Assembly: GCF_963921235.1 (NCBI RefSeq) | Contig: NC_086107.1 | Location: 96,040,001-96,104,000 of the forward strand | Source: Mobula hypostoma | Taxonomy: Eukaryota | DNA length: 64,000 bases | Direction of reading: 5' to 3' | Shown here: in pieces, positions 60,674 through 64,000 of the stretch | Position numbering within the stretch: position 1 is the stretch's first letter | Layout: every line of letters begins with the position of its first letter | Notes under the pieces: generated by a model | Database searches by the model: none | Told to the model about the DNA's origin: nothing | What the model saw: the letters and a program-made list of their open reading frames with translations, nothing else | Position numbers and translations under genes: made by a program

Positions 60674-63600
60674 TGTTACGTACCCCGTAACTGGGTTGCC
60701 AAACCAGCAGAAATGGATCACTCAGTTGGAGTCTGGAGTACTAGAACTAAGAAAGTTTTATTAAAGAAACAAGCAACACAGTAATCGAAAGGATAATAAA
60801 TGCAACAATTCAACAATGATAACCACACATGTGCACAGAATTAAGATAACAGCATCAATCAAGCTCTATCGTTGTCTAGGGGTAAATGACCAATTTCAAA
60901 ATGACTCAAAGTTCAGTCCAGTTTGTAGTTCAGTTCGCAGTAATCGTTGCCATGGCGATGGACAAGGTGGGGAAGAGAGACATAGAATAGGAACAACTCA
61001 TCATTCAGCACAGCTTCACTCACAGACCAGCGAGATGGCTCACAAACAGCATTTGGGCGGGTCCTTGGTGATGTCACCTGAGGTCACCGACTGTGACCCC
61101 TCCTCCAGATGCGGTCGATCCTCTGCAGTGAACCCGGCACCCAGGCAAGGGCGGACACACACCGGGTTCCCGCTGATCGTACCTTTCCACCCTGGTCGTT
61201 GTCTGGCACTTCTCACCCACTCGTGAGAAGCGTACCGCTTCCAGGGTCTCGTTACCTCGGGTGGCGTGTGTGTCTGTCTTAGCGAACCTGTCCCTTTTTA
61301 TCCCCCTGCTGGGGTATCGCCTGTCCATCACTTCAAACAGTTCAGGGTTCAAAGGGGGGAGCCGCTCCAGACAGCTCTTCCTCCCACATCCCTTCATTAC
61401 ACATCTCCAGACGCTGCTCCATTGTTCCTTATCTCTCCTTCCCCTGAGGGCAGGTGGCAGACCAACTGCTGATGCCACTGATGCTAGCCCAGGCCAGCAA
61501 ACATCTTAATTTTATGTGTATTCTCGTAACACTTCCCCCCTTTAAGGATTTTTACCGGGAGGTAAAAATTACAAACATGACTACATTATCTGATACATAC
61601 ACAATATACATCTTTAACAGTTATTTAGCTAATACAGAGAATTTGAAGCTGTCAACACCTTGACAGACAGTCATCACATTTTCTGTTCCTTTTACACGTG
61701 TTATTAATAATCCCTTAGACCAGGCTCCAACTCAGCAAACTTCATAGTGGCCAAAAACACTGATGAATTGCGACCAATGTAACCTCTCATTTGGTTTTTG
61801 TCCCGGACCACAACAACAAGGGTCGTCCCATTCCGACTCAATTTTCTCTCGCAAGGGCTTAGTAGGAGGGGGACGGGTACTGACCGCAGAGTTATTGCAA
61901 AACTTCCTGCAGTACCCCACCATCTCCAAAAGCCTTCTGAGGGCCCTCTTGTCTGTCGGGGTTGGGAGGTCAGCGATAGCCTGCACTGTAGCTTGCATCA
62001 CTGCCAGCTGCCCCTGTGTCACCACAATTCCCAGGTAAGTGACATTCGTGTGGCCGAATTCATTTTTTCCAAGGTTCACTATCAAGCTGGCTTCAGACAG
62101 CCGTGTTAAATTGCCAATACACACCTCTGTGTTCATCAGCCCTTTAGTCACTGAATTACTCAAAAAATATGGGTGTTGTTTACTTGGCTGCCCTATTGTA
62201 ACAGACATAACCCAACGTCCCAGTTCTTTGCATTTCCTCGGGACAATCAAACACATGGGTGCGAGTCGTTTAATTACTCCTTCGGGGATTAAGGGAGAGA
62301 CCTTATCAGTAGACCTGGCCTAAACAATAGCCTTCTCCCATCTGACCGATCCCATCCTAATCTTTTCAAAATGGTTTTTTCCTCTTATCAAGGGGCCCCT
62401 AGCTTCATTGATTTCCACGCTAACACCGACTAGGTTTGTTAGCATATCAAAAGCCGGTGACCGTCTCAGTTCGCGTCGGTCATGATCAATAACATTCTTC
62501 CCCCTGGGCAGCCGGTAAATCTCTTTCATGATTCCACCAACTGTTTCCTCCAGCACCGCAAAATGTCCACCGGGGGGTACCTCGTGGGCCATGTTAAAAA
62601 CCTCATCCCCATAACTCTTTTGCACCACCCCCCACTCCTCATCTGCGGATGCTGTACTTGATTTCTCTTTCTTCCTTAGCACTTCCTCATCCGCACAATA
62701 GCTTGTCAAGGCTGTGTCAGAGAGAGCGGTCTCGGCAAAAACCATCAGCCCCTCGTCTCGCTCCTGCGTCTGCACAAATTCTTTCCTGGCTACTGCTACG
62801 TCCGTCCCAGCTCCCTCACTACCTCTTATCTCACTACACCCTGTCTCATACAAGGTTGGCAGAAATGTTTCAGCCAAATTCACCATCGCGGGCGGGGCCT
62901 CCATGCTGGCAGGCTGACCCGTCAATCTCACGACTGGGAACACGATTCCTCCGGCGATGTCATTACCGAGCAAGACTTCCACGTCTTTCATCGGTAATTC
63001 GGACCTCACCCCGATCGTGACTAGTCCAGAGACCAGGTTGCTCTGTAAATGTATCTGGTGCAAAGGGACTGACTCTGTCCCTTCCCCAACACCTTTGACC
63101 TCTACCTCCCCAGTCTGGGTCTCTGAGCTAAACTCTAATACACTCTTCAGTATTAGTGACTGACACGCTCCCGTGTCTCTCCAGATCCGCACTGGAACTG
63201 GTTTTAACCTCTTTTTCACTGACACCAGTCCGGCCGAGATAAACCTCTCGCGCCCTTCCTGGACTTTTTCAGACCTGTCCTTCCCTAGCGGTTCGCTTAA
63301 CAGCTCAATACAGCCATTCAAAATTTCCGCTTTTCCTTTCCCCGTCTCCTTCCTTGGGGCAAAGCACCTGGACGCAAAGTGTCCGGCTTTCCCACAATTA
63401 TAACAGACGACCCCAGGAGACTTCCTACCAGACTGCTCCCGGTCTACCTTATCCTTTTCACTAGTCCCCGGCTTACTTTCTGACTTTTCCGGTGGACTCT
63501 CCCCGCCGTCCTGACTACCCTTCTGGTAGCCTTTACTCGGGGCAACCTTCATTTTATGCGTCAACGCATACTCATCCGCTAACTTAGCGGTTGCGGCTAA

Positions 63601-64000
63601 CGTGGCTGCCTCTTTCTCATCGAGGTAGGGTCTCATACCCTCAGGGACACAACCTTTAAACTGCTCAATCAGAATCAGTTGCAGCAGTCTGTCATAATCC
63701 CCCTCTACCCCCTTCGAGGCGCACCAACGCTCACAATATGTTTGCATCTCGCGAGCAAACTCCAAATACGTGCGGTCCCACCGCTTCCTCGCATTCCGGA
63801 ACCTCTGCCGGTATGCCTCCGGGACCAACTCATAAATCCTGAGGATGGCCTCCTTCACCACCTCATACTTCTGGGCATCTTCCGCGGATAAAGCGGAGTA
63901 AGCTTGTTGGGCTTTCCCTTTCAGTACACTCTGAAGTAAGACAACCCACTTATCCCTCGGCCATTCCTGACTTATGGCCACTTTTTCGAAATGGAGAAAG
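60674..64000 (-). mobile_element. Second copy of the non-autonomous Gmr1-like element (3' LTR 60674-61531; runs off the window)
   Basis: Near-identical to about 4340-7686 with the same pol deletions. It has its own TAG stop at 62320-62322, a +1 T near 61795-61799, and no 20-bp LTR duplication. Confidence 0.95.

Noticed and set aside
1..64000. CRISPR array, prokaryotic operon or defence system
   Set aside because: No regularly spaced short repeats or bacterial gene organisation; the content is vertebrate TE sequence.
4340..64000. Segmental duplication or assembly artefact explaining the two Gmr1-like copies
   Set aside because: Identity stops exactly at the LTR edge and the copies carry private mutations.

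Overview
Eukaryotic, vertebrate-type genomic DNA. The repeat families (CR1 with esterase ORF1, V-SINE/HE1-like SINE, Penelope, several L1 lineages) suggest a cartilaginous fish, probably a ray; this is inference. No intact host protein-coding gene is visible. Roughly 85-90% of the window (estimated by eye) is a deeply nested pile of transposable elements: CR1, L1 (four lineages with 5' ends), Tx1, RTE, Rex1/Babar, Penelope with hammerhead relics, Gypsy LTR elements, Tc1, Tigger/pogo, Harbinger, a mariner-type MITE and SINEs. Many junctions can be resolved by their target-site duplications (TSDs). Four things stand out. (1) A TE-free, CpG-rich mosaic of duplicated non-coding modules at about 10.3-16.4 kb is followed by about 48 kb of mostly minus-strand TEs, making this a candidate piRNA cluster or TE trap, or the intron of a plus-strand transcript. 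(2) A very young non-autonomous Gmr1-like LTR element (two copies) keeps a single 921-aa frame open through several deletions that removed the IN, RT and RNase H catalytic cores. (3) Two inverted relics of an unidentified protein-like sequence lie at about 17 kb and 60.5 kb. (4) Several insertion and rearrangement junctions are unusually placed.
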